DNA of 64,000 bases from a virus. The notes under the pieces were generated by a model, which was not told the origin of the DNA, searched no databases, and was given only the letters and a program-made list of their open reading frames with translations. The DNA lies in IMG/VR virus record IMGVR_UViG_3300027973_000003, positions 2,665 to 66,664 of that record. The stretch is one strand, 5' to 3'. How positions within the stretch are numbered: position 1 is the first letter of the stretch; each line of letters begins with the position of its first letter. A program made the position numbers and the translations under genes. Of the stretch, positions 9,968 through 19,952 are shown one piece after another.

Positions 9968-10219
9968 TTACTTTCCTAAATATCCTCTAAAACCACTCAT
10001 AAATATTCCAGCTATTGTGACTAACGCTGCTATTGCCAAGCCAGCTAGAGTCTTTTCAATAACCGCTTTACGAAACTCAGCTCTGTTAGCTTCAGCTTTA
10101 ATTGCCATCCTAACCCAATGCACTTCCTCTTGAGATAGCGGATGCTGTTCAACTGCTTCGCTAACGGCGGTTTTAACAAGCTGTATTAGCTCTATTCTGG
10201 TTTGGTCATCTAAAGTCAT
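9968..10219 (-). CDS. hypothetical membrane protein
   Basis: C-terminal hydrophobic helix LAGLAIAALVTIAGIF; TAATG coupling to upstream gene. Confidence 0.5.
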   Translation of the reverse strand: MTLDDQTRIELIQLVKTAVSEAVEQHPLSQEEVHWVRMAIKAEANRAEFRKAVIEKTLAGLAIAALVTIAGIFMSGFRGYLGK

Positions 10220-10476
10220 TAGCATTTCCACCTTTTTAAGCTAGCTGCTTTACGAGTAGGTTTGCCATTTTCATCTTTCATTGGTCCAGGCATTCCAGAC
10301 ATGCGAGCACAAAACGACTTTTTACGTGGTCCGCCTTCGGGCTGTGGGGCCTTTAGATTAGAACCTGTAGCAGCATTATACTTAGCACGACCTTTGGCAG
10401 TAAGACCAGCCCCCTTAGATACAGGGAGCTTTTCGCCTCTACCAATAGCGAGAGAGGGGCCTTTTTTCTTAGCCAT
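10219..10476 (-). CDS. conserved basic phage protein
   Basis: GLTAKGRAKYN...RKKSFCARM...LKRWKC motif widespread in phage head modules. Confidence 0.7.
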   Translation of the reverse strand: MAKKKGPSLAIGRGEKLPVSKGAGLTAKGRAKYNAATGSNLKAPQPEGGPRKKSFCARMSGMPGPMKDENGKPTRKAASLKRWKC

Positions 10477-10759
10477 AGAATACGGTTACGCCTGTTACAG
10501 ATGCACTTAAAGCTAAATATAACGTGCTACTAAATCTAACCCCTTCACCAGGAATATCAAAGGTGTAGGTATTTGGGTTTGAATTACTTGCTATATCAAT
10601 TTCTAGTAAAACAGCGCCAGATGAACCGCCATCTTTAAACTGAATAGTAGCCGCAGTGCTTACGGCTGGACAAATAATCAGCCCTTTTAAACGTGTAGGC
10701 CCATTAAAAAGCGTACCAGCAGCACTTGCGTGAGCCGATTTAACGTCAGTTTGCATCAT
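10469..10759 (-). CDS. hypothetical virion protein
   Basis: MQTDVKS...IPGEGVRF...VTVFYG; AGGAG RBS. Confidence 0.65.
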   Translation of the reverse strand: MMQTDVKSAHASAAGTLFNGPTRLKGLIICPAVSTAATIQFKDGGSSGAVLLEIDIASNSNPNTYTFDIPGEGVRFSSTLYLALSASVTGVTVFYG

Positions 10760-10815
10760 AATTAATCTCCTAAAGTTGAAAAAGAGGTAGGGTTTGTACT
10801 ACCCCCGAAGATTAA

Positions 10816-11307
10816 TTAAGCCTGCTGAGCTGTAGGAGCGTATGTACCGTCACCTTGGCGAACTACGTATTGGCAAGTAATAGTAGCTGCACCACCAGAA
10901 GCTGTTCCAGCGCAAGCATAAGTAGCTTGGATTAGAACGTCAGATGAGCCTACGTTTACGTACGTGCCAATACTTGCACCAGTGATGGTAAATGTTGCAC
11001 GACCAACAGACAAAGGTGTTGTAGTAGCGCCACCAACAGTACCTAATGTAGTACCAGTAGAGGTTGCAATAGTGATGGTATTACCTGTAGTACCAGCATA
11101 AGCGGTAGTAATATCAACAGTAAAGCTTAAAATCTGTGAGCCAGCTGGCAACACAAATTCTGTAGTAGCAGTAGTGTCGTTTACGGTAGTTACGCCTGTT
11201 TGGGTGCAAACAGTAGCGCCCATATTGCGAATTGTGCCAGCAGTAGTGCCAGTAGTGTTTTTAACAGTGCCCAATAGCCAAGGGCCTAAATGTGTAGCTA
11301 ATCCCAT
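10816..11307 (-). CDS. putative capsid decoration / minor head protein
   Basis: T-rich beta protein immediately after the major capsid gene; GGAG RBS before MGLATHLG. Confidence 0.55.
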   Translation of the reverse strand: MGLATHLGPWLLGTVKNTTGTTAGTIRNMGATVCTQTGVTTVNDTTATTEFVLPAGSQILSFTVDITTAYAGTTGNTITIATSTGTTLGTVGGATTTPLSVGRATFTITGASIGTYVNVGSSDVLIQATYACAGTASGGAATITCQYVVRQGDGTYAPTAQQA

Positions 11308-11313
11308 AATATT

Positions 11314-11390
11314 CTCCATACAGAGTTGAACTTATTAGTCTTGTATGCGCCTGCGCGGGGCAGTCTAATAAGCGGTTAATCCCGCGATAT
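11314..11390 (-). ncRNA. candidate double-pseudoknot cis-regulatory RNA leader
   Basis: interleaved complementary blocks CGCGGG/CCCGCG, CUUAUUAG/CUAAUAAG, CAUACA/UGUAUG, the last abutting the RBS. Confidence 0.5.
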
Positions 11391-11404
11391 ATGAATCTTA
11401 CAAC

Positions 11405-11440
11405 AAAAAAATAAAAAGGGGGGTTTTTACGCCCCCTTTC
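11405..11440 (-). terminator. rho-independent terminator after major capsid gene
   Basis: AAAGGGGG/CCCCCTTT stem followed by a U-rich run on the minus strand. Confidence 0.7.
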
Positions 11441-11450
11441 TTTTACAACA

Positions 11451-12359
11451 TTAGGCTCCTGGGGAACCGTACATTCCTAGTGGATCAGACCAGCCGAATG
11501 AATAACGCTCACGAGACTTGTAACGTACGTTACCAGTATCAAAGTCGCCGTCCATAGAGTTCTGGAGTGGTACACGAACGAAATGCTTCATGCCGTTAGG
11601 AACGTCAGTTGTTAAATACCAACCGTTGGAATCGGTCAAGAAGTGGTTAATGGTGTAACCCTCTGGAATCGAACCATTGTTCTTAATAGCATTGATGTCG
11701 TTGTCAGTTGTACCAACACGCAATTCTGTCTCGAGCAAACGAGTAGCAACGAACTGCAATGCAGGTGGAACGATCAATTTCTTAGGTTTAGCAGCGATTA
11801 GCAAGCTACGCTCATCTGTCCAAGCAGCAATTTGAATAACAGCATTTTCCAATGATGTTTCGTTCAAGTCAGCTGGAACAGCTGGAGTGTTGCTGTTTGT
11901 GCCACCAGAAACTAAGTTATGAGTTGTGGAGAACAAAGAAGTACCGTCACCACCAACATAAGTTTGGTTGAAACCGTTGTTTAAAACGGCAGCAGCTTTA
12001 ACTTGTTTGGTGTAAGCCATAGCACGAGCCAATGCCTTTGTATAGCGAGCAGATAAAGAATCGTAGAGGTTGTCTTCGATTGCTTCTTCAGTCAAGCTAA
12101 AGCCAAGGGCAATAGTTTCGTGGTTGTAGCGAGCAGTCCATGCTTCTTGTGCATTGTCATAAGCGATGGCTTGGCCTTCGTTTTTAACAGGTGCAGCGGA
12201 GAAGCCAGAAAGCTTGGTCTCTTCTTCAAAAGAACGCTCAGAGGTCTCTGTTTCGTAGATCTCTTTGTGCTCTTCGCCGTAGCGAGCGTACTCTAATCCG
12301 AACAATGCATTCAGTCCAGGTAAGAGCTCTTTTAGTAGTTGTGCGCGTGAAATAGCCAT
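11451..12359 (-). CDS. major capsid protein (Mu gpT-like, HK97 fold)
   Basis: MAISRAQLLKELLPGLNALFG...KPKKLIVPPAL...YKSRERYSFGWSDPLG; follows scaffold; has own terminator. Confidence 0.9.
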   Translation of the reverse strand: MAISRAQLLKELLPGLNALFGLEYARYGEEHKEIYETETSERSFEEETKLSGFSAAPVKNEGQAIAYDNAQEAWTARYNHETIALGFSLTEEAIEDNLYDSLSARYTKALARAMAYTKQVKAAAVLNNGFNQTYVGGDGTSLFSTTHNLVSGGTNSNTPAVPADLNETSLENAVIQIAAWTDERSLLIAAKPKKLIVPPALQFVATRLLETELRVGTTDNDINAIKNNGSIPEGYTINHFLTDSNGWYLTTDVPNGMKHFVRVPLQNSMDGDFDTGNVRYKSRERYSFGWSDPLGMYGSPGA

Positions 12360-12373
12360 TATTTAGCTCCTAA

Positions 12374-13240
12374 TTAAACGCCAGTAGTATTGTTGTAGCT
12401 ATGGAAATTTCCGTTCCATGTTACCAATACTTCAGGATAGCCGAGGAAAGTAACTTGAGTACCAGAAGCGATTGTTACAGCTGAACTTAAAGTTACAGTT
12501 GTGCTATTCACGTTTGTTACATATACATAGTTACCACTATATCCACCAGTACCGCTTGGTGAACTAATTTGCATACCAGCTTGGATGTTGCTGTTAGCTG
12601 CAGTTAGAGTCAACGTAGAGCTTGAACCAGAAGTAGAAGCTGTTTGTGTGACTGCATATACAGTATCAGGAACAACACCAACTACACGCAAAGGAGCAGC
12701 GGCTGTTACACGTACGTTACCTGTACCGTTAGATACAACACCGCCAGAAACGGAGGTTAAGGAATCACCAGTAGTGGTGGAACCGCCTGCGCCAGACAAT
12801 GGGTATACGTTAGTACCGATAAATTGTGGGTTCATATAGCCAGCACCTGCAGAGGTGTTAGACAATGATGTTCCCTGTGATCCTACTGCTACTTTAAATA
12901 CTACGCGTGGGTCATCAATTACATAAGCAATTGCGTCATTAGCGACAGTACTTGCAGGCCAATATTGTGATTGAATAGGTTGTAATGTGCTTGGATTAGT
13001 GTAAGCACAACCTACAAACACACCAATGGTGCCAGCGATAGGGGTTGTTGGAGAAGATGCGCAGGAATAAGAACCTGTCACCAATGTGCCAGCGGATAGC
13101 TGAACAATTTGACCATAAAACAAACTAGTGCCATAGCCAGATGCAATAGGGATCATACGAGTTGATCCTGCATATGGTAGACCACCAATCTCGTTTCTGG
13201 CCAGAAGTCCGTAAGGACCTGATACTGTTGGGTATGCCAT
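12374..13240 (-). CDS. putative head decoration/cement protein
   Basis: PYGL...IASGY...GVFVGCAYTNP...AYVIDDP motif; directly upstream of the major capsid gene. Confidence 0.6.
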   Translation of the reverse strand: MAYPTVSGPYGLLARNEIGGLPYAGSTRMIPIASGYGTSLFYGQIVQLSAGTLVTGSYSCASSPTTPIAGTIGVFVGCAYTNPSTLQPIQSQYWPASTVANDAIAYVIDDPRVVFKVAVGSQGTSLSNTSAGAGYMNPQFIGTNVYPLSGAGGSTTTGDSLTSVSGGVVSNGTGNVRVTAAAPLRVVGVVPDTVYAVTQTASTSGSSSTLTLTAANSNIQAGMQISSPSGTGGYSGNYVYVTNVNSTTVTLSSAVTIASGTQVTFLGYPEVLVTWNGNFHSYNNTTGV

Positions 13241-13257
13241 AAAAAACTCCTGATTAG

Positions 13258-13707
13258 TTAATTGCCTTTACCAAATGATACGTCAGACCGACCTTCTTTA
13301 AAAATCGGCATGCGAGCATCGCTTTGGCGCATTAAATTGTTATCTACAGCCAACGTCTGAGCATCTGTCTGTTTTTGGAAATGTGCATTCCGCTGTTTGA
13401 CAAACTCTTCTGGAGTCTTGCAAAGTAACAACCCGCCAATCTCAATTTTGTCCTTAAAGCGACTATTGGGATCAACTAGCAGTGAAAATTGTGGTTGTTC
13501 TTCTACTGATACAGGTTCCCAACCCTCGCGTAACTTGGCTGACAAGTTGCGAGCATCGCTCTGATCTAGTGTTGAAGTACGAATCCAACGATATGCGTAC
13601 CCTGGTTGTTTATCTGGTTCAGGTAACAACTCTGGCTGCTGCCACTGCTTAGGGCGTTCTGCCGTCATACGGGTATCTAATTCGCGAGCAAGTTTATTTG
13701 TTGCCAT
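13258..13707 (-). CDS. conserved head-module protein
   Basis: GYAYRWIR...REGWEPV...IGGLLLCK motif. Confidence 0.65.
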   Translation of the reverse strand: MATNKLARELDTRMTAERPKQWQQPELLPEPDKQPGYAYRWIRTSTLDQSDARNLSAKLREGWEPVSVEEQPQFSLLVDPNSRFKDKIEIGGLLLCKTPEEFVKQRNAHFQKQTDAQTLAVDNNLMRQSDARMPIFKEGRSDVSFGKGN

Positions 13708-13709
13708 TT

Positions 13710-14696
13710 TTAAGCCTCCAGTTTTTGCATTTCACGAGCATATTGCTCAGGGGTTAAGCCAAGTTTTTTAGCCAATGCTACTTGGCTAGCCTTCAGTACG
13801 ATTCTTTTAGCCGCTGTACTTCGCGTTGCTGGCGCTACCACTGGTGCCGACTTTGTTTCAGCGCGTTGACTGGGCCTGTCGCCCCCAGCCTGCGTATCTA
13901 CTGCTTCTACTTCTTCCGAAAAATTCTCGGGAAAACGTTTGCGCATAGTGTTATCTATACGTTTGAAATACTCTTCGGAACCAATATAACTCTTTCCAAA
14001 TTCTTTTTCAAGCTTTGTGTGCGTTCCTAATGCTAACGCTGTCATTTCTTCATCTGGCCCATACCACGTATTCTTTTCTAACCATTTTGCAGTAAGAGGG
14101 TCAATTTGTGGTTTGGCTGGTTGTTGGTATGCCTGTTGAGCCTGTTCAAAAGTCTCTTCTTCAGCTTGTGGGGCAGGTTTAAAGTTTCTAGCTCTATCTT
14201 GTTTGAGGCTGGCCTCAGTTAATTTAGCTTGCGCTTCAACCATTCTATCGGTATCGCCAGAGTCAACAGCCTCTCTATATGCCTGCTTTGCAATCTCTAA
14301 CTGAAGATCGGCAGCATTTTGGAAGGTGCTAATGTACTCTTTTTCACCTGTGGAATAGGCTTCTTTGAGCTTTTTATGCTCATCCATCACGCGTTTAGCA
14401 AGATTAATAGCCTCTTGTTGCTCACGTAATGCAGCTTCTTTCTCACGGCGCTCGTCGTGCCAAGCCTTTTTCATCTTGTCGATGCGGTCTTTTACGCGCT
14501 TAGAATAGTCTTCGTGGTTGTCTTTTTCTAACTCCTCGACTTCTTCTTTAGAAAGAGGGGGTTCTGCAAACTTATCGGCAACAGGGGTGTCATCTTCAAT
14601 TTCTAATGAAAAATCGCCGCCCTCTGCTAATGTATCTACGGGTTTACCCTTAATTTCGTCGGGGAATTTAAATTCTTCTTGGTCTAATTCAGCCAT
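13710..14696 (-). CDS. capsid scaffolding protein
   Basis: acidic coiled coil, C-terminal QVALAKKLGLTPEQYA capsid-binding helix; located between portal and capsid genes. Confidence 0.7.
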   Translation of the reverse strand: MAELDQEEFKFPDEIKGKPVDTLAEGGDFSLEIEDDTPVADKFAEPPLSKEEVEELEKDNHEDYSKRVKDRIDKMKKAWHDERREKEAALREQQEAINLAKRVMDEHKKLKEAYSTGEKEYISTFQNAADLQLEIAKQAYREAVDSGDTDRMVEAQAKLTEASLKQDRARNFKPAPQAEEETFEQAQQAYQQPAKPQIDPLTAKWLEKNTWYGPDEEMTALALGTHTKLEKEFGKSYIGSEEYFKRIDNTMRKRFPENFSEEVEAVDTQAGGDRPSQRAETKSAPVVAPATRSTAAKRIVLKASQVALAKKLGLTPEQYAREMQKLEA

Positions 14697-14707
14697 AGTG
14701 TTTCTCC

Positions 14708-15115
14708 TTAAATGAACTTACGTTTAATGCCGCGTGGATCGTCAACTACCGCTTCCACTGAGTCATCGTTAATAATGCGGAATTCACGGTCATGGATAAC
14801 TAGGCGGGTGCCTGAGTTTGGGCGAACTAAAATAAAGTCGCCTTGTTTACACCATGGTCCATTTGGGAATCGCGTTTTATCTTGATAACAATCTGGCCCT
14901 AAGTCCACTACGAATAGCACTGTAGTTAACAGCTCATCGTGCCTGCGCATTTCTTCAGGTTTGATAATGCCGCTTTCAAAGGCTTCTTCTGCTTCGGGGA
15001 TTGCGCAAAGAATTCTATAACCTTGCGGTTTAGGTAGCTGCTTTGCTTTTTCCTCCTGCGACTTAGCCATTAAAGCGCCAAGGTCTACAGCTTGTGTTAA
15101 ATCAATACTACTCAT
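14708..15115 (-). CDS. groES: co-chaperonin GroES (Cpn10-like)
   Basis: PKPQGYRILC...ESGII...VVDLGP...WCKQGDFILV...FRIINDDSVEAVV. Confidence 0.85.
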   Translation of the reverse strand: MSSIDLTQAVDLGALMAKSQEEKAKQLPKPQGYRILCAIPEAEEAFESGIIKPEEMRRHDELLTTVLFVVDLGPDCYQDKTRFPNGPWCKQGDFILVRPNSGTRLVIHDREFRIINDDSVEAVVDDPRGIKRKFI

Positions 15116-15302
15116 CAGAATTCTCCAGATTTTTAGCAAGGTCTAATAGGTAAGACTCTGCGGTGAGAAGACCTCGAATTTCACCACAGATAGCGCGGTA
15201 TTCCGCGAAATCTTTAGCTGCACCACTGGAAACGGCGTCAGCTAATTGAGAGCGCTTGTCTCGATATTGCCTAAGCAATACGTCTAGCGTGTTGTCCATC
15301 AT
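15108..15302 (-). CDS. hypothetical protein
   Basis: 64 aa, DFAEYRAICGEIRGL motif between portal and GroES. Confidence 0.65.
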   Translation of the reverse strand: MMDNTLDVLLRQYRDKRSQLADAVSSGAAKDFAEYRAICGEIRGLLTAESYLLDLAKNLENSDE

Positions 15303-17797
15303 TTATTGGATTTCTCCTTGTTTTGGTTGTTTCTATTACCTTCCATCCTTCTTTGTTGAAGGTCTGCGTTTTTATGCGCTATATCAGCACCAAGACGTAA
15401 TCCCTCAATCTTGTCTTTTGACTCTTGTTGGGCTTTATCTTTGGCGGCTTTTGCTCCAACTTGCATTCCAGCAATTTCTTTCTGGGCTGCAATACGAGAC
15501 TCTTCAACACGGATTTGGTCAGCTTTTGCTGCCGCATCAATCTGAAGTTTTTGCTGCTTAAGTTGCAGATCCTGTTGCTTAATTTGCAGTTCTTGCATTT
15601 GCATTTGGATCAGTGGGTCTTGCGCTGCTTGAGCGTTTTGCTTAGCTTTCTCTTCAGCTTGGTTCTGGCCGAGAAGTTGTTGTGCAGCTTGCGCTGCTAG
15701 TTGCGAGACGCGAACCTCAATCTCTTGTGGTATTCCGTCTTCGTTGATTTCATCTGTAGTTGGCAATTCTGCGCCCATGATTTCTTCCATCTGGCGGCGA
15801 TATTCGTAGCCAAGATGTTCTGCAATATGAGCTTGCATAGCTGCGCCAATTTGTTGTGCCATAGGACTTTGACCAACCAGACCCATAATTTTTGGATCTT
15901 GCATTGCGCCCATGTGTACTGCAATGTGAGCTTTGTGGTCTTGGTACAAGAAAGCTTTGACTGGTTTCATCATGAGAATGTTTTGGTTCTCGGTGATTGG
16001 GTCCGCTGGCTTCTTATCTTCTTGAGTAGGCACAAGTTTTTGGTAATTTTTAATCCCCAACACATCCAACATCTGACGATGCAGTAGTGGCAAATCATAT
16101 AGCTGTGGGGCAGTCTGAGCTAGTTGTAAAGCAGCTTGATATTGCACTACTTTTTGCGACATGGTTGCCGCATTGGGGTCTGATACAGGAATAACGTTTA
16201 CCAAATCGTAATCAGACTTCTTAGCCCTGCGACTACCTTCTTCTGGTTCAAATGAATATTCTTCTGGTGTGTATTCAGCAATAATGTTCTTTAATAGCTT
16301 GAACTCTTGCTTCATTGAATAGTGGATACGAGCTTGAACTGCGCTCATTACCTTCAATGTTCTTTCTAAAATTGCTAATGTAGTCCCAACTGGGGAGTTA
16401 GCAGACATATCTGATACTTTCATATCAGCTGCTGCTGCAAAGCGGCGACCTTCGTCAATGATTTGATTCATTAACTGGTACAAGGTCTGGCTTGGCTCTT
16501 TATATGGTAGCGGCAGGATGTTATCGCGCATTGTTCCGCTTGGAACGTCTACATCACGGAATTCTCCTGGTGCTATTGGTGTGTCATCTCCTTTAACACG
16601 CAATCCACGGGTCTTAAAGCCACCTGGCAAGTTGCTAAGGGTTCCTGCATCAACCAGCTGACGGAGGATACTAGTTCCTGACTTAGCAAAAGCCCCGATA
16701 AGATGAATAAGTCCAAAATGATAAAAGCCAAAACCAGGAATGTAACCGTAGTGAACAAAGTGGTTACGCTTCGCATTAGTTTTGTCATCAGGCTGCCAAT
16801 TACGACGGATAGCGAGAACATTTGACGTTCCTTTCTCGATAGTCACAACATAAGGCAGACCAATACCTGTAGGTTTACCTTTTTTGTCTTTGTGCTCGTA
16901 CCCAGGAATATCTAAGTTGACGTGCATCTCAAGAACTTTAAAGCGATCATCCGATGTTGCACGGAATCCCATCTTTTCTGCAATCTTTTTCTCTACTTCA
17001 TCTAGTGTATTAACTGGATCACCTAAGTCACACTCACGATAGAAGCCCGCAGCTTGCAATCGGAGTAACTCATTCTTAGTTTTGCGCATAACGTGGGTTA
17101 CACGCTCCGCAGTATCAAGATTGCTCGCACCATAAGGTACAACAATGTCTTCTGCTGGTACAAATATAGAGGCTTGACGATCTAATGCTGGGTCAAAGTA
17201 CACTTTTTTGAACGCATTACCTGCTAAACCCAAGCCCCACAACATTCTTTCGTGCTCTGGACGGTATTCTTTCATCACATCCGTAAGCTGGTAGTTCATG
17301 TCTTCTTTGACACGCTCTGCTGCATCTTTTTTCTCTGGCGTTTCTTTGCCAATGATCTCAATTTTGACTGGGCCTGCGGCTGGGAACGTCTCCATCATGG
17401 TTTCTGATTGGAATTTAACGAGCGCTTCGCTCATTAATGGGTGATATACACCGCATGCGCCTTCCCAAGGCTCACTTCTATCTTCAATTTTCATACCTAA
17501 CAGCTCTAAACCGTCAACGTATGTCTGCATCCAATCTTTACGGGCACTAATGTCGTCTTCAAAGTCACTAACTAAGTCACTTGCTAGCGATTGGAGCTCA
17601 TCTTCGTCAATATATTCAGCTAAGTTAGCATTAAAGTCATCTTCTGACTCTTGGTCAGGCTTAATTTCTATAGTTAAGGGCCCTGCGTTTATCTCAACTG
17701 ACTCTGGATCTTCAATGGAAATCTCTAATGGCGCTTCTTCCTCTGCCATAGCGTCCATACCCATAGGGGCTGCATAAAGACCTTTTTCCATCGCCAT
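15299..17797 (-). CDS. portal protein (P22-like, with long coiled-coil barrel)
   Basis: 832 aa after TerL; GNAFKKVYFD, LRQLVDAGTLSNLPGG, Q-rich C-terminal helix. Confidence 0.85.
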   Translation of the reverse strand: MAMEKGLYAAPMGMDAMAEEEAPLEISIEDPESVEINAGPLTIEIKPDQESEDDFNANLAEYIDEDELQSLASDLVSDFEDDISARKDWMQTYVDGLELLGMKIEDRSEPWEGACGVYHPLMSEALVKFQSETMMETFPAAGPVKIEIIGKETPEKKDAAERVKEDMNYQLTDVMKEYRPEHERMLWGLGLAGNAFKKVYFDPALDRQASIFVPAEDIVVPYGASNLDTAERVTHVMRKTKNELLRLQAAGFYRECDLGDPVNTLDEVEKKIAEKMGFRATSDDRFKVLEMHVNLDIPGYEHKDKKGKPTGIGLPYVVTIEKGTSNVLAIRRNWQPDDKTNAKRNHFVHYGYIPGFGFYHFGLIHLIGAFAKSGTSILRQLVDAGTLSNLPGGFKTRGLRVKGDDTPIAPGEFRDVDVPSGTMRDNILPLPYKEPSQTLYQLMNQIIDEGRRFAAAADMKVSDMSANSPVGTTLAILERTLKVMSAVQARIHYSMKQEFKLLKNIIAEYTPEEYSFEPEEGSRRAKKSDYDLVNVIPVSDPNAATMSQKVVQYQAALQLAQTAPQLYDLPLLHRQMLDVLGIKNYQKLVPTQEDKKPADPITENQNILMMKPVKAFLYQDHKAHIAVHMGAMQDPKIMGLVGQSPMAQQIGAAMQAHIAEHLGYEYRRQMEEIMGAELPTTDEINEDGIPQEIEVRVSQLAAQAAQQLLGQNQAEEKAKQNAQAAQDPLIQMQMQELQIKQQDLQLKQQKLQIDAAAKADQIRVEESRIAAQKEIAGMQVGAKAAKDKAQQESKDKIEGLRLGADIAHKNADLQQRRMEGNRNNQNKEKSNK

Positions 17798-17806
17798 AAT
17801 TTATCC

Positions 17807-19366
17807 TTAATAGTAGGGCTGTTTCCTACGAAATTCTCTTGGTTCATCTTCTTCATCTGATTCCAGACGAATAAAGCCACCACGCCTGAATCTTAACAGG
17901 GCTTGGCTCATGGAGTCCACTAAGTCGTCGTGTTCGCCCGACGGAAATGACGCAACTTCTTCCACTAGCTCATCTGCCCAGCGTGTTCCTGGTACCCATA
18001 CTCTACCAGATGCAAATATATCTGCAACTGAATTTAAACGAGAAATTTTATCATTGCCTTTTGACGGAGTGTACTCCTGTACGGGCAAACCCATAGCCCT
18101 TAACTCAAAAACAAGGGGCGCACCTGATGCTTTTGCCTCAACTATAAGCGAATCAGGGTTCCATTCTTTGTATTGTTCTACCGCTTTTTGCTTTAATTCG
18201 GGGAACTCCATACGTCTTTTAAATGAATTTAAAGCAATAATATTTGCTTGTGGGCGCCCTGTATCGTCATCTTGATAGAAAACACCCCATGTTGTACATG
18301 CAGAATAGTCAGCTCGTTCGGTTTTAAGAAAGGCTGTATCCCAAGACTGGATAATAAATTCGCATGGGGGCGGGGTATCTTCTTGCCAATTACGCCACCA
18401 CTCTCGTTTAATAATTGCAGAGACTTCCGAAGTGGGGTTCTGCATATACTGCGCCATCCACTTAGATACTGGAAGTTCTTCCCGCAGTGCAAACAATTCC
18501 TTTTGGCTCCAAAACTCAGGCCAAAGCGGGGTGTCATCATCCCAAAGTGCTGGAAATTCAATAACATCCCAGCCTTCACCGTTTCTCTGGGCATCTGCTT
18601 TTAATACCTGACCAGTCAAGTCTTTCTTAGACCACCGTGTCATAACAATAATAATTGCCCCGCCTGGCTGCAGACGTTGACGAGGTCCTGAGTTATACCA
18701 CTCGTAGGTTTTGTCGTAAATGTCCGAGTTAGTTTCGGCTAAGATCGCCTCTTGTTCTGAATGTGGGTCGTCAATAATAAGGACGTCCGCGCCCTTACCC
18801 GTAACAGCGCCCCCAACACCGATAGCGAAATAGTCTCCACCATGGTTAGTCGCCCAACGTCCAGCCGCTTTAGAGTCAGACTGCAATCCAACATTTGGGA
18901 ATATCGACTTATAAACTTCTGAGTCGACCAAGTTCCTGACTTTTCGTCCAAATCCAACAGCAAGCTCTGCAGTATGGGCTGTTTCAATAATCTTTTTTTG
19001 TGGGAATTTACCCAGAAACCAAGCAGGTAACAAATAAGACGCGAATTCACTTTTTGTATGACGTGGAGGCATATTAATAATAAGCCGTTTGCATTCACCT
19101 TTAGCCACCCTTTCAAATGCTCGGGCCATATCCGCATGGTGTTTACCAGCTATGAATGTAGGCCACACTTTGTTAACAAATGCCAAGAAGTCCACCGTAG
19201 CTTCTTCCTTGGTTTTGAATGTATCTAGAAGTTCTAAGTCTTCTAAGATTCTTGCCTGCTCGTGTTCTGGGAACAAGTGTATGTACTTAGGGATATCCCT
19301 TAGAGACAGGTTAGCCACAACCTTTTCTACTTGTTCGGGTGTTAACTTTTCAGCTGTCGCTGTCAT
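17807..19366 (-). CDS. terL: terminase large subunit
   Basis: Walker A MPPRHTKS, Walker B LIIDDP, coupling motif VMTRW, nuclease SWDTA...HDDLVDS. Confidence 0.95.
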   Translation of the reverse strand: MTATAEKLTPEQVEKVVANLSLRDIPKYIHLFPEHEQARILEDLELLDTFKTKEEATVDFLAFVNKVWPTFIAGKHHADMARAFERVAKGECKRLIINMPPRHTKSEFASYLLPAWFLGKFPQKKIIETAHTAELAVGFGRKVRNLVDSEVYKSIFPNVGLQSDSKAAGRWATNHGGDYFAIGVGGAVTGKGADVLIIDDPHSEQEAILAETNSDIYDKTYEWYNSGPRQRLQPGGAIIIVMTRWSKKDLTGQVLKADAQRNGEGWDVIEFPALWDDDTPLWPEFWSQKELFALREELPVSKWMAQYMQNPTSEVSAIIKREWWRNWQEDTPPPCEFIIQSWDTAFLKTERADYSACTTWGVFYQDDDTGRPQANIIALNSFKRRMEFPELKQKAVEQYKEWNPDSLIVEAKASGAPLVFELRAMGLPVQEYTPSKGNDKISRLNSVADIFASGRVWVPGTRWADELVEEVASFPSGEHDDLVDSMSQALLRFRRGGFIRLESDEEDEPREFRRKQPYY

Positions 19367-19952
19367 TTGTTCTATCTATAGCTGGCCCAAACTCTTCGTC
19401 TAAGGCATGGGTTGAACTGGGTGAGACATTCTTGACGTCTACATCTACGGCGCTACTTCTAAGTAGCCGCCCGATGCGCTCTTTGATCGCGCTCTCTAAA
19501 TCACCAGAGTTCTTATAGTTAACCGTTACTTCTGAGCGTTCTGTAAATAGTGCGATATCACTATGCTTGCCCAGTAACTCTAGGGCTTTAAGCTCAAACC
19601 TAGGGTCCCCACAGTTGGCTAACTCTAGTAGTTTATTAGTAAGCGCTGACCTGACATCACTGACATCCACCGCAAGTCTTGCTGTGTATACACGTAGGAA
19701 CTCTTTAGCAGCATAAGCTGCCATCGGGTTGTTTAGTGCTTTCTCATCTTTACTCTTTAGCGCCTGGTCGATAAGCGTCTTGGTTTTCCCCAAGTTCTCA
19801 GGGTCTATCTCAGGAACGCTTGCACCTAATTGCTCAATTGCTTCTTGGGTGTTTACGGCAATACCGAGTGCCTCGACAAAGTCTTTGGGCTTGTCGTCGA
19901 TTGGGTGATACGGAATCGCAACGTCGTTGGTTGGTTCTATATGTACGGTCAT
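19350..19952 (-). CDS. putative terminase small subunit
   Basis: 200 aa overlapping the TerL start; ELKALELLGKH motif. Confidence 0.6.
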   Translation of the reverse strand: MTVHIEPTNDVAIPYHPIDDKPKDFVEALGIAVNTQEAIEQLGASVPEIDPENLGKTKTLIDQALKSKDEKALNNPMAAYAAKEFLRVYTARLAVDVSDVRSALTNKLLELANCGDPRFELKALELLGKHSDIALFTERSEVTVNYKNSGDLESAIKERIGRLLRSSAVDVDVKNVSPSSTHALDEEFGPAIDRTNDSDS

